DNA of 64,000 nucleotides from Alphaproteobacteria bacterium (GCA_038102935.1 JAYNYG010000001.1:35096-99095); one strand, 5' to 3'. Counted from the first letter of the stretch, positions 10,587-20,225 are shown. A program made the numbers and translations. Notes: a model not told the origin generated them from the letters alone.

Positions 10587-10714
10587 CGGCGTCTCTGAAA
10601 ATTTGGGGTGCGGGCGATAGGCCTGCACGCAAACAGTGGTCTACAAAATGGCGGAACGCCCGCAGATCAAGAATTGATCCACGGGCGCATCCTAGCCGTC
10701 AGATCTGAAGCGGA

Positions 10715-12340
10715 TTATTTGTCCGCGTCAGGATCAAGCCACACGGTGTCGAGCGCTTGGCCCAAATAGTGGCTCGGGCTGACTTTCCAGCCCTTGAAGT
10801 GGGAGCGGTGCACAGTCGTGCGGCGCCACCAGAGAGTGATCATCTGCGTCACCTGATCGTGGAGAATGTACTTCTCATAGGCGCGCATCTTGACCCGCTG
10901 CTTAGCCGGATCGGATTCAAGCAGCATGTCCTCGTACATCGCGTCCAGCTTCCGGTCGACCACGCGGGAGTAGTTCGCAGGGTTCACATCAGAGGAGAGA
11001 TACTTGGACGTATCAATTGGCGGGTTGACGATGGACTGACAGTTAAAGTCAATCGATACGTCGAAATCGCCAGATTCACGCAGCGTTGCGTAGAACGGAC
11101 CCGTCGGCTGAACCTTCTGTTCAAACTTCAGGCCGATTTGGCGCCACTGGTCGATCAGCCAAACGCCGACGACTTTGTAAGGCTGGTCAACGCCGCGGTT
11201 GTTGAAGACATAGGTCTTCGATAGGTCCATACCGGCTTCTTCCAGGAGCTTACGGGCTTCGGCGCGGGAGGCTTCCAGATCTTCCCGATAGCCGTCCATC
11301 TGCATCAGCTCTTCCTTGGTCGCGGCCAGGCCGTGAACAGGATAGACGATGCCGCCAACCGTTTTCACGATAGCGATCTTGGAGAGGTACTCGGACCCGC
11401 CCCAACGATCGACCGCAAGCGTCAGCGCGCGACGAACGCGAACGTCATCGAACGGCTTACGGGTGTGGTTTGGCGTGGCGAGCAGAACGCAGTTCCAATC
11501 CGTTTCCTGCACAGTGGCTTTATCGCCAAGCGCGCGGACCAGATCGTCACGGGTTTTCGGCGGGAAGCCACGGAACTGCGCGCTGGCGCGGTTGCCGCGA
11601 AGCGCTTGCACCTGAATGGATTCCTTATTGGCGAAGATCGCGGTGATCTTGTCCAGGTAAGGCAGGCCCTTCAGATAATAGTTCGGGTTCTTGTCGCCGG
11701 TCATGAACGCGCCGGGCTGATACTCTTTGAACATGAACGGGCCGGAACCCATAATGTTCTTTTCGTACCAGCGCTGATCAACATCCAGCTTGGCTTTGGA
11801 GTAGATGAAGTTATACGGCGCCGCCAAAGCCGGAATGAAAGACGTGGAGGCATACTTCAGATTGAAGACAACCGTCGTCGCGTCAGGCGCTTCAACGGAT
11901 TCGACCATCTTGTAGAAGCTCTTCCGCGCGCTGGACACGCCTTTGGGCGGGAAGATGATCCGGTCAAAGCTGGCTTTAACGTCAGCAGATGTCAGCGGCG
12001 TGCCGTCATGGAACTTAACGCCAGAATGGATCTTGAAGGTGTACTTCGTGCCATCATTCTCGCCGGCAGGCACATCGCCAACGCAAAGATCGCAAACGAA
12101 ATCTGCAGGATCAGCAGGGTTCTGCGGGTTTACGCGCAGCAGCGTTGAGTAATACGGACGCACCGGATGGATGACCGCATAGGTCGTCTCACGGTGAGCA
12201 TCGAAGCTTGGCGGGCCTTTCGCTGGCACGACATAGGTGAAGTGACCGCCGTATTTCGGCGTGTCGGCGACAGCTGCGCCGGATGTGAGCAATGCGCCCA
12301 CCCCAACAGCAGCAGCCGCAAAAGCGCGGATACGCTGCAT
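10715..12340 (-). CDS. ABC transporter substrate-binding protein, family 5 (DppA/OppA-like)
   Basis: ~540 aa with N-terminal signal peptide (MQRIRAFAAAAVGVGALLTSGAAVA); family-5 SBP length and composition; first gene of SBP-permease-permease operon. Confidence 0.85.
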   Translation of the reverse strand: MQRIRAFAAAAVGVGALLTSGAAVADTPKYGGHFTYVVPAKGPPSFDAHRETTYAVIHPVRPYYSTLLRVNPQNPADPADFVCDLCVGDVPAGENDGTKYTFKIHSGVKFHDGTPLTSADVKASFDRIIFPPKGVSSARKSFYKMVESVEAPDATTVVFNLKYASTSFIPALAAPYNFIYSKAKLDVDQRWYEKNIMGSGPFMFKEYQPGAFMTGDKNPNYYLKGLPYLDKITAIFANKESIQVQALRGNRASAQFRGFPPKTRDDLVRALGDKATVQETDWNCVLLATPNHTRKPFDDVRVRRALTLAVDRWGGSEYLSKIAIVKTVGGIVYPVHGLAATKEELMQMDGYREDLEASRAEARKLLEEAGMDLSKTYVFNNRGVDQPYKVVGVWLIDQWRQIGLKFEQKVQPTGPFYATLRESGDFDVSIDFNCQSIVNPPIDTSKYLSSDVNPANYSRVVDRKLDAMYEDMLLESDPAKQRVKMRAYEKYILHDQVTQMITLWWRRTTVHRSHFKGWKVSPSHYLGQALDTVWLDPDADK

Positions 12341-12494
12341 CCTACAATTCCTCCCTAGGATCAAAAAAAGCCGCCAAACTTCGCTGGCCGGCCAGTAGTG
12401 CGATGCACCGTAGCAAGCCGCGATCTTAAGTCAAACTTAATCGCTTAGGATTGGCTGATAATTGTGCCTTTTACCGTCCGACAGAAAGTTTCCT

Positions 12495-12974
12495 TCAGGA
12501 CGCTTTTGGGTACCAGTAGGCTAGGAATTCCGCATAAGCTGCGGGTTCATCAGCGCCTTCGATCTCTATCAGGTGCGCAGTCGAGCAAAGCTTCTTGCCT
12601 TCGCCTTTGTCCTCGACGCTCTTCAATGTGATTCGGCTGCGTAAGCGCAGGCCATCGCCAATCGTGGCAGGGCGCAAAATACGCACTTTGTCGAGGCCGT
12701 AATTTAGGAAGTAATCGCCATCAGGCGGGTTGAGGCCGCCAATCGTGTTGAGATGCGTCAGCAGGCTGACATAGTGGAAGCCATGCATGATGGTGTCGCC
12801 ATAGGGGCTCTCTTTGCGGGAGCGTTCCTGGTCGCAATGCATCCAGGTCCGCCAGCGCGTGACTTCGCCAAACACGTTGACCTGCATCTGATCAATATCA
12901 AGCCATTCTGTAACACCTAGTTCCTGGCCGACATGGTCTTCAACATTCGCTAACAGAATTTCAGATTGCGCCAT
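12495..12974 (-). CDS. MaoC-like (R)-specific enoyl-CoA hydratase / hotdog-fold dehydratase
   Basis: 159 aa; hotdog-fold MaoC motif region (…GDTIMHGFHYVSLL…). Confidence 0.75.
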   Translation of the reverse strand: MAQSEILLANVEDHVGQELGVTEWLDIDQMQVNVFGEVTRWRTWMHCDQERSRKESPYGDTIMHGFHYVSLLTHLNTIGGLNPPDGDYFLNYGLDKVRILRPATIGDGLRLRSRITLKSVEDKGEGKKLCSTAHLIEIEGADEPAAYAEFLAYWYPKAS

Positions 12975-14176
12975 TACCTTGTCTCCTTTTGTGCATCTTT
13001 CGCCTGCGCAGCTCCGGACGCCAGCAGCGCGGCTGCTTCGTCAGCGGAGAACCCATTCTCCGCCAGAACAGCGTTTGTATCCGCGCCAATAATGGGCGCA
13101 TTGGCGCGGGCTGTGCCTGCCTCAAACGGGGGCAGGCCAGGGATGTTCAAGACTGTCGTCGGCGCATCGTATCCGGGCTGCGGCAGCTTCGCGAACAGGT
13201 TGGTCGCGTTTGGATGCGGATGATCAGCGAATTCGAGATAGTCGTTAATGACCTCGTTCATCAGTCCTTTTTCGGTGAAGAGCGTGTTCCATTCCGCTGT
13301 GGTCTTGCTTTTGAACTCGGGAATGATGCGCTCATTAATCAGGTCGATGTCCGCGACGCGACCCGCATTTTGGCGGTACCTCTCTTCCGCTTTCCAATCG
13401 TCAAAACCGAATACATCACAAAATGTTATCCAGTCACGTTCTTGCAGTATAAGAACTTGAAGGTAGCCGTCTGCACACCGGTACACCCCGCCGGGCGTTG
13501 AGCCGGGAGGCGGTTCTTTGCCTTCCTGCAATGTGCTTGTCATGCGCACGCCTTGCAGATGGGATGCGCCCTGCATCAGCGAGATATCGAGGAACCTTGG
13601 GCTTGGGTCGTCCCGCTTGGCGTAAAGCGATGCCGCAACAGCTTGATGTGCAAACATTGCTGTCGACATATCGACGATAATCGGTTGGGTGCGGAGCGGC
13701 ACGCCGTCCGCGCCGCGGTTGGCATGCATGAAGCCGGTAAACGCCTGTAGCACCGGGTCCATCGCTGGTTGGCGGCTAAGCGGCCCTGTTTGGCCGTATC
13801 CCGAAATCGAGACATAGACCACGCTCGGCGCAACAGCCTTAACGGCGTCATAGCCAAAGCCCAGCCTTTCGATCACGCCTGGCCGGAAGCCTTCTAGGAA
13901 TACGTCGGCGTCCTTCAGCACCCGCCAAAGCGCGGCTTTCGCGTCCTCATGTTTCAGGTCGAGGCAGAGCGAGCGTTTGCCGATGTTGCCGATCAATGAG
14001 AATGCTGTGTGATCGCCATAGCGCGGCCCCAGAATGCGCGCCCAATCCCCCGCTGGCGGTTCGACCTTGATAACATCCGCTCCCCACTGCGCCAGCAGCA
14101 TCGCGCAATAGGGGCCAGCGATGCCTTGCGAGAGATCAACGACTTTCAAGCCTTCATAGGGACGCTCATAGCTCAT
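12974..14176 (-). CDS. CoA-transferase family III (CaiB/BaiF)
   Basis: 400 aa; N-terminal GLKVVDLSQGIAGPYCAMLLAQWGADVIKVEPP signature of family III CoA-transferases. Confidence 0.85.
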   Translation of the reverse strand: MSYERPYEGLKVVDLSQGIAGPYCAMLLAQWGADVIKVEPPAGDWARILGPRYGDHTAFSLIGNIGKRSLCLDLKHEDAKAALWRVLKDADVFLEGFRPGVIERLGFGYDAVKAVAPSVVYVSISGYGQTGPLSRQPAMDPVLQAFTGFMHANRGADGVPLRTQPIIVDMSTAMFAHQAVAASLYAKRDDPSPRFLDISLMQGASHLQGVRMTSTLQEGKEPPPGSTPGGVYRCADGYLQVLILQERDWITFCDVFGFDDWKAEERYRQNAGRVADIDLINERIIPEFKSKTTAEWNTLFTEKGLMNEVINDYLEFADHPHPNATNLFAKLPQPGYDAPTTVLNIPGLPPFEAGTARANAPIIGADTNAVLAENGFSADEAAALLASGAAQAKDAQKETR

Positions 14177-14180
14177 GGGA

Positions 14181-15452
14181 TTATCCCTTTGTCAGGCCGT
14201 AAGTCTCGACTGGAATACGGTCAAATATCTCGCGCTTAAGAATTGCGGCGGCGCTAGGCGCATCGCGCGCTGTGCTGAGTAATACGGCGAATTTGTCGTA
14301 GAGCAGCAGGAAGCGATCCAGAAACAGCGCCGCATCCCGGACGGCGAAACGCTCGCCAGCGGTTTCAGCGACAAGTTTGTTGTCGGCGGCGATGGCGGCG
14401 CGGATCGCTTCATCAAGCTGCGGGGTGGCGGTATCCACCTGCAGCCCCCGCGCGGCGGCGGCGCGCAAGGCAGCGTCCGCCATATTCTGATAGCCCCAAA
14501 CGACGCCGACGACCCCGTCTGCCGTTGCGGTAAGTACGGACCGGCGCTCGCTTGTCGTCAAACTCTGCCAATATGCTGCTGAGCCCATGAAAGCCGCGCC
14601 GCCGCGATAGGCGCCGAACGGCGCTTTCAAGGCATATCGGGCATGGGTCCAAACTTCGGAGTCCGATAATTCCATCGGCGTTGCAATGGCCGCGGTGATG
14701 GCGCCCTTGGCCAAAAGGTCGCCCGGATCGCCATCTTCTTCATAGGCGCGACCGCCGAGGCGTTGGATCAGCCGGTCCCACGCGCTGCCAGGGGTCAAGG
14801 CGGAGAGGCTCTTGAAGGCAACAACGGTGTTTGATTGCGAGCGGGACAGCATCACATAGCGGGCGGCGCCGTAAGCGCCCAAGAACACAACGCGACGGCG
14901 GTGGAAGGATTGCCTACACGCCACACAATCAAGCGCCAGCAATTCGGTTGCGGCGGCGGCAGCGGCCAATTCGTCTTCTCCGCCAGCAAGGCCAAGTTCC
15001 GCCAAGAGTGCGGCATAGGGAAATGCAGTCGGGAAGGCGGAGAGGGCGGCGGCGCCGAATGCGTAGTCATTGCGGCCGAGAGATTCGATGGCGGCTGGGT
15101 CAGACGGCGGCGGGCCGTTCAAAAACAGGCTGAGCTTCGGCGCACCCTTGGTTTTCGCTAACCGCTCCCCAAATGCGCGCCATCCACTTTGAGCCAGCGG
15201 GTGGTCAGGGCCGAAGCCGATATGCGCGCGGGCAGGTTCCGCAGCTTGGGCTGGGACAATGAGCGTGAAGGCTGTGAGGAGGATTGCCAGGATGGGCAGG
15301 AAGTAACGTGACCGCAGGCTTCCCCCCTCACCCTGCCCTCTCCCCTCTGTGGGGTGCGAGGGTTCTAAAGAGGAAGCCTCGCAATTGGGTCCCCTCGCCC
15401 CCCACTGGGGGGAGAGGGATAGGGAGAGGGGGGAAATCTGCATCAGAACCAA
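14181..15452 (-). CDS. hypothetical exported Ala-rich protein (possibly a divergent periplasmic solute-binding protein); start uncertain
   Basis: Hydrophobic signal-like segment (FLPILAILLTAFTLIVPAQA). The first ~40 codons of the track ORF are encoded by a GC-rich inverted repeat, so the true start is probably internal or non-canonical. Confidence 0.4.
   Translation of the reverse strand: MVLMQISPLSLSLSPQWGARGPNCEASSLEPSHPTEGRGQGEGGSLRSRYFLPILAILLTAFTLIVPAQAAEPARAHIGFGPDHPLAQSGWRAFGERLAKTKGAPKLSLFLNGPPPSDPAAIESLGRNDYAFGAAALSAFPTAFPYAALLAELGLAGGEDELAAAAAATELLALDCVACRQSFHRRRVVFLGAYGAARYVMLSRSQSNTVVAFKSLSALTPGSAWDRLIQRLGGRAYEEDGDPGDLLAKGAITAAIATPMELSDSEVWTHARYALKAPFGAYRGGAAFMGSAAYWQSLTTSERRSVLTATADGVVGVVWGYQNMADAALRAAAARGLQVDTATPQLDEAIRAAIAADNKLVAETAGERFAVRDAALFLDRFLLLYDKFAVLLSTARDAPSAAAILKREIFDRIPVETYGLTKG
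15321..15436. repeat. GC-rich imperfect inverted repeat, ~44-bp arms separated by ~28 bp (REP/MITE-like hairpin)
   Basis: Left arm TTCCCCCCTCACCCTGCCCTCTCCCCTCTGTGGGGTGCGAGGG. The reverse complement of the right arm is TTCCCCCCTCTCCCTATCCCTCTCCCCCCAGTGGGGGGCGAGGGG, a near-identical match read directly from the sequence. Confidence 0.7.
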
Positions 15453-15465
15453 CCGTCACGTCGCC

Positions 15466-16386
15466 CTATACCGGATCCCACACGAAATAATCCGCCGAGC
15501 GGTCATTCGCCAGGAAGTGCGGCTTGAATGCATGCATCGCGTGCTCATGGATTTTCTGCGGCGTCCAACCGTCGCTGCGATGAACCGTGCGGACGGGCCG
15601 GTTCTTGCTCATCAGCATGATTTCGTTGGAGCGCACGTAGAAAATCTGCCCCGTAACTTCGCTCGCCAAATCAGATAAGAGATACACCGTCGGCGCCGCG
15701 ATCTTTTGCGGCGTCATAGCCTCCTGGCGTTTCCGGCGGGCTTCGCCTTCCGGCCCTTTGATCGGGATCGTTTCAATCATGCGGGTGAAGGCTGAGGGTG
15801 AAACAATGTTCGAGCGAACGCCGAAACGCTGCATATCCAACGCAATCGATTGCGACAGCCCGACAATGCCGAGCTTCGCCGCCGCATAGTTTGCTTGCCC
15901 CACATTGCCGACAAGGCCGGACGTGGAGGTGAAATGCACCATCGCGCCGGATTCCTGTTTGCGGAAATGCTCAGCCGCCGCCCGCGCTACATTGTAATAG
16001 CCGTTCAAGTGGACGTTTATGACCGAGTCCCAGTCATCCTCAGTCATCTTGTGGAAGATCACGTCCCGCAGGATGCCGGCGACGTTCACAACGCCGTCGA
16101 TCTGGCCGAATGCGTCAACGGCTTGCTGCACCATCTCCTGGGCGTCATCCCAATTGGAGATATCGCCGCCGTTGACGACAGCCTCGCCGCCTTCTGCTTC
16201 AATATCCGCCACGACCTGTTGGGCCGGGCCGATATCGGCGTCGCTTTTGCCGTCTACGGCAGCGCCCAAGTCGTTCACGACGACCTTGGCGCCCTCGCGC
16301 GCCGCCAGCTTGGCGATTTCAGCGCCGATACCGCGGCCTGCACCGTTCACCAACACCACTTTGTCTTGAAGAACCCCGTCTGCCAT
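15466..16386 (-). CDS. SDR-family oxidoreductase with ~60-aa C-terminal extension (paralog A)
   Basis: TGAGRGIG Rossmann motif, catalytic YxxxK (YAAAK), NVAG; ~70% identical to the adjacent gene. Confidence 0.85.
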   Translation of the reverse strand: MADGVLQDKVVLVNGAGRGIGAEIAKLAAREGAKVVVNDLGAAVDGKSDADIGPAQQVVADIEAEGGEAVVNGGDISNWDDAQEMVQQAVDAFGQIDGVVNVAGILRDVIFHKMTEDDWDSVINVHLNGYYNVARAAAEHFRKQESGAMVHFTSTSGLVGNVGQANYAAAKLGIVGLSQSIALDMQRFGVRSNIVSPSAFTRMIETIPIKGPEGEARRKRQEAMTPQKIAAPTVYLLSDLASEVTGQIFYVRSNEIMLMSKNRPVRTVHRSDGWTPQKIHEHAMHAFKPHFLANDRSADYFVWDPV

Positions 16387-16446
16387 GGGTCCGAATCCTC
16401 TTCTTAATATTTGAATTTCTGCACTATCTGATGTGAGGCCTGATCC

Positions 16447-17370
16447 TTAGATCGGATCCCAGCAGAAGATGTCGGCGGAGCGGTCATTTGGAACGAAGCT
16501 CGGCACAAGCGCGGGCATCCCTTCCTCATGGATTGACCGCGGCGTCCAGCCTTCTTCGCGGTGGATGGAGCGGATGGGGCGGTTTTGCCCGAACAACACC
16601 TGCTCATTCATGCGACTGCCAAAGATCTGCGCCGTAACGCCCATCTCATTCGCCGCATCGGACACGAGATACACGCACATCGGCGCGATCTGCGCTGGCG
16701 TCATCTGCTTGATCTTGGCGAGGCGTTCCTGTTGCTCAGGCGTATTTGACGGGATCGTGCCGATCATCCGGCTCCACGCAAACGGCGACATACAGTTCGA
16801 GCGCACGCCAAAGCGCGCCATATCAAGGGCGATGGACTTCGAAAGCCCGATGATGCCCAGCTTCGCCGCCGCATAATTCGCCTGGCCGAAGTTGCCGATC
16901 AGCCCTGATGTGGAGGTGAAATGCACCATGGAGCCTGATTCCTGCGCACGGAAATGATCCGCCGCTGCCCGGCTCACATTAAACGTGCCTTTCAGATGCA
17001 CCTGAATGACTGCGTTCCAGTCTTCCTGGGTCATCTTGTGGAAGATCACATCGCGGAGGATGCCAGCGACATTGACCACGGCGTCAATCTGGCCGAATTC
17101 ATCGACCGCCTGCTGCACCATATTCTTCGCAGCCTGGAAATCCGCCACACTATCGCCGTTGACGACAGCTTCGCCGCCATTGGCTTCAATCTCTGCGACG
17201 ACTTCCTGGGCCGGCGTCGAGTCAGCGCCGCCGCCGTCCACATTGCCGCCCAGATCGTTCACAACGACCTTCGCGCCTTCCGCCGCCGCCAGCTTGGCGA
17301 CTTCCGCGCCAATGCCCCGCCCGGCGCCGGTCACGAGGACGACTTTGCCCTCCAACATCCCATCAGCCAT
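16447..17370 (-). CDS. SDR-family oxidoreductase with C-terminal extension (paralog B, tandem duplicate)
   Basis: Same motifs as 15466..16386; alignable along full length. Confidence 0.85.
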   Translation of the reverse strand: MADGMLEGKVVLVTGAGRGIGAEVAKLAAAEGAKVVVNDLGGNVDGGGADSTPAQEVVAEIEANGGEAVVNGDSVADFQAAKNMVQQAVDEFGQIDAVVNVAGILRDVIFHKMTQEDWNAVIQVHLKGTFNVSRAAADHFRAQESGSMVHFTSTSGLIGNFGQANYAAAKLGIIGLSKSIALDMARFGVRSNCMSPFAWSRMIGTIPSNTPEQQERLAKIKQMTPAQIAPMCVYLVSDAANEMGVTAQIFGSRMNEQVLFGQNRPIRSIHREEGWTPRSIHEEGMPALVPSFVPNDRSADIFCWDPI

Positions 17371-17443
17371 CTAGATTTTTCCTCCATATCGTATGATTCG
17401 ATTTATGTCGGTAAGCGTAAACCGTGGCGGCAAGCGAAGGCAA

Positions 17444-18598
17444 TCAGCCGAGCCCTAACCGTCTGCCTGCGATCTCTGCGCCTTTTGCCATCGACCGCAA
17501 TTTCGCCCACACAACGCTTGGCGCAACGCGCCCCATGCCAGCGGAAGTATCAAAGCCGCAATCAGTGCAGGCGGCGATACGTTCTGGCGCGTCGATGGCG
17601 CGCGCTACGAGTTCTAGCCGGTCGGCGACGACTTCTTCGTGCTCAACGAAGTTTGTCAGCGTATCGATCACGCCTGCGGTGATGGTTTGATCGCCAGCTG
17701 GCGGCGAGTTCTTCAGGACACGCCACTCATGCGCATGCCGCGGATTAGCGAATGGCAGAACGAACCCGCCGACGGGCGCCTGCTTCACAATCGGCCAGAG
17801 CGCAGCGAGCGGTGTATCTTGGTCATGCGGCGCTTCATAGTTGCCCCAGCAAAGGTGCAAGCGGATGCGCTCTTTCGGCAATCCCTCGACGCCTTTGGCG
17901 ATCGCGGCAATGGCGCGTTCGACGAATTTCAAATGCGCTTCAGGTTCGCCTGCGTAAGTGACATGGCCCTCCAGGCCAAGCTCAGGGCAATCCAACTGCA
18001 GCATGTGGCCGTTGTTCAGGATCGTTTTGTACTCAACGCGGAGCGCCGCCGCGAGCGCATCCAGATAGGCTTCTTCGGTATCGTAATGCTCATTTTTGAG
18101 TGCGGCAGCGACAATGCCGGGGGAGGGGGCCGTTAAGAAAGTGCCCGCGAACTGATGGCCGCCTTCATTGAGGGCCGCCGCGAAATCAGCGCATTCTTCC
18201 TCACAGGCTTCAGGATGGTCATGGGCGATCGGGCCGATGGTCTTGGGCGGTTGGAAATTGGATACAGCGGTCTTGTCCTTATTCGCCGCCGCCATGGCCT
18301 CTTGGAAATCTGGGTAGGCTGCGACATCGGCCTGCGGCTTCCGCTGCCAACGCCCGCCGATCCCGGACAAGCGATGGCGGAGGTACAAGAAAAACGCCTC
18401 CCGCTGCTGCTCGCCATTGTTGGCGATATCAACGCGTGCATCCGCCTGCGCTTGCAGGATGCCGTGCAGTGCGGCTTTGCCAGCTGCGGCCAGCTCATCG
18501 GGATCAACATGGCCGCCCTGCGAACTGCGTGCATAGAGGCCGGTCAGCGCCAGTGGTCGCGGCAGGCTGCCGGCGTGGGTTGTGAGAATGCGGGTCAT
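17444..18598 (-). CDS. cobalamin-independent methionine synthase (MetE C-domain)-like Zn-dependent methyltransferase
   Basis: N-terminal LTTHAGSLPRP (MetE-like TT(V/H)xGS(F/L)PRP). Candidate Zn ligands in HLCWGNYE and CTDCGF, as in the MetE/UROD-like family. Confidence 0.7.
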   Translation of the reverse strand: MTRILTTHAGSLPRPLALTGLYARSSQGGHVDPDELAAAGKAALHGILQAQADARVDIANNGEQQREAFFLYLRHRLSGIGGRWQRKPQADVAAYPDFQEAMAAANKDKTAVSNFQPPKTIGPIAHDHPEACEEECADFAAALNEGGHQFAGTFLTAPSPGIVAAALKNEHYDTEEAYLDALAAALRVEYKTILNNGHMLQLDCPELGLEGHVTYAGEPEAHLKFVERAIAAIAKGVEGLPKERIRLHLCWGNYEAPHDQDTPLAALWPIVKQAPVGGFVLPFANPRHAHEWRVLKNSPPAGDQTITAGVIDTLTNFVEHEEVVADRLELVARAIDAPERIAACTDCGFDTSAGMGRVAPSVVWAKLRSMAKGAEIAGRRLGLG

Positions 18599-19572
18599 GC
18601 AGGCCTCCAGGCGTCATCAAGAAAGGTCAGCCAGTTTTCGCCCACGACGCCTCGGATCAGACTCTCGTCCCATCCGCGCGTCTGCATGGCTTGGATGAGG
18701 TTTGGATATTCGGCCATGCCGTCCAATCCTTTCGGGTTGGCCGGGCGTGCGCCTGTCATCGGTCCGGCGACGCCGGCGCCGATGCCCTTGTCGCGCCGGA
18801 GCCATTCAAAGAAATCCGCCCCATAGCCTTGGGTGAAATCTGTGCCAAGCCCGACGCGATCCGGCCCGAGCAAGTTCAGAACGTATTCCAACGTATCCAG
18901 GCAATCATCCAGATCAGAATCGTCACCTTTTGGCAGGAATGGCGCATAAAGCGCGACGCCGACAAACCCGCCCGTGCCGTTGATGCGTTTCAGCATGTCG
19001 TCCGGCTTGTTGCGCGGATGATCCTTCATGCCAGCGGGCGCCACATGGGTGTAGGCGACCGGGCGCTTTGAAACGTCCGCGGCATCCTTCGATGTCTGCG
19101 GGCCGACATGAGAGAGATCGATCAGAATGCCCGCTTCGTTCAGCAGCGCCACAAGCCGCTTGCCAAAGTCAGACAAGCCAGGATCGGTTGATTCCCAACA
19201 CCCCGCGCCTGCAAGGTTCTGCGTGTTGTAGGTCATCTGGATGGTGCGCACGCCAACATCATGGAACAACCACACACGGTCGAGATCGTCTTCAATCGGC
19301 CAGCTATTTTGAAACCCGAGCGCAATGCCGGTCTTGCCTGCAGCTCTGGCGTCACGGATATCCTGGGCGCTTCTGGCTTGGACAATCAGGTCCGCATTGT
19401 CTTTGAACCTGCGCTTCCAGCGGGCGATGTTGCCCATGGTCGCTGCAAACCCTTCCCATACCGCGCAGGTGCAATTCGCCCCCGCGAGCCCGCCCGCCTG
19501 CATCTCCTCAAACACAGGCCGGCCCCAGTTGGAGATGATCAGGCCGTCAAAGATTGTGTAGTCATGCGCCAT
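18595..19572 (-). CDS. membrane dipeptidase (peptidase family M19)
   Basis: Renal-dipeptidase-family pattern (…GFQNSW…HDVGVRTIQMTYN…IDLSHV…GLGTDF…). Track ORF reaches 19623; start chosen at MAHDYTIFDG. Confidence 0.8.
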   Translation of the reverse strand: MAHDYTIFDGLIISNWGRPVFEEMQAGGLAGANCTCAVWEGFAATMGNIARWKRRFKDNADLIVQARSAQDIRDARAAGKTGIALGFQNSWPIEDDLDRVWLFHDVGVRTIQMTYNTQNLAGAGCWESTDPGLSDFGKRLVALLNEAGILIDLSHVGPQTSKDAADVSKRPVAYTHVAPAGMKDHPRNKPDDMLKRINGTGGFVGVALYAPFLPKGDDSDLDDCLDTLEYVLNLLGPDRVGLGTDFTQGYGADFFEWLRRDKGIGAGVAGPMTGARPANPKGLDGMAEYPNLIQAMQTRGWDESLIRGVVGENWLTFLDDAWRPA

Positions 19573-19632
19573 GGTTTGGTCCTGCAAAATAGCTTGTGGG
19601 ACAGTCATCCTGGCACAGAACAAGTGGCTGCG

Positions 19633-20103
19633 TTAATCCTCGGCGTCCACGTAATCCAGCGGCAGGGCGGTCGTGACTTTCATGCGCTCCATCGCGAAGG
19701 CGGAGGAGACGTCGTAGATCTCGACGATGCTGATCAGGCGCTTATAGATGCGGTCATAGCCAGCGATATCGGGCGCTACGATCTTCAGGAGATAGTCGAT
19801 ATCGCCGCTCATCCGGTACACTTCGACAATCTCTGGCAGTCGGCGCACACCTTCAGCAAACGTCTCCAGCCATTCGGGTTCATGCCGGTTCGTGCGGACC
19901 GAAACGAATACTGTAACCGGCAGGCCAAGCGCATCTGCGTCCAGCAACGCGACGCGGTTCTGAATGACGCCCACCCGCTCCAGCTTCTGAATGCGCTTCC
20001 AGCATGGCGTTTGCGATAGTCCGACTTGATCCGCGATGGCGGCCACGGAAAGTGTGGCGTCTTGCTGAATTAATCTCAAGATGCGCTTTTCGATGCTATC
20101 CAT
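19633..20103 (-). CDS. Lrp/AsnC-family transcriptional regulator
   Basis: 156 aa; N-terminal HTH (ILRLIQQDATLSVAAIADQVGLSQTPCWKRIQKLE) plus C-terminal RAM domain; sits at the head of the minus-strand operon. Confidence 0.85.
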   Translation of the reverse strand: MDSIEKRILRLIQQDATLSVAAIADQVGLSQTPCWKRIQKLERVGVIQNRVALLDADALGLPVTVFVSVRTNRHEPEWLETFAEGVRRLPEIVEVYRMSGDIDYLLKIVAPDIAGYDRIYKRLISIVEIYDVSSAFAMERMKVTTALPLDYVDAED

Positions 20104-20225
20104 CGGCTATAATTTTCCTTAATTGGAGAATAATATTCTCTCATATTCGCATTTTAGCAGAATCTTTGAAAGGTTTTTTCATTTGCTTCAGGTAAATTCA
20201 GCCGATCGAAATACCGTTCTGGAGA

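Noticed and set aside
10608-10665. GCGGGCG…CGCCCGC inverted repeat in the dppA-dppB intercistronic region
   Set aside because: Only a 7-9-bp stem around a ~40-nt loop; could be a weak mRNA stabiliser but is not convincing as a terminator or riboswitch.
11333-12148. 271-aa plus-strand ORF
   Set aside because: Antisense to the DppA-like SBP gene; low-complexity Arg-rich translation; spurious.
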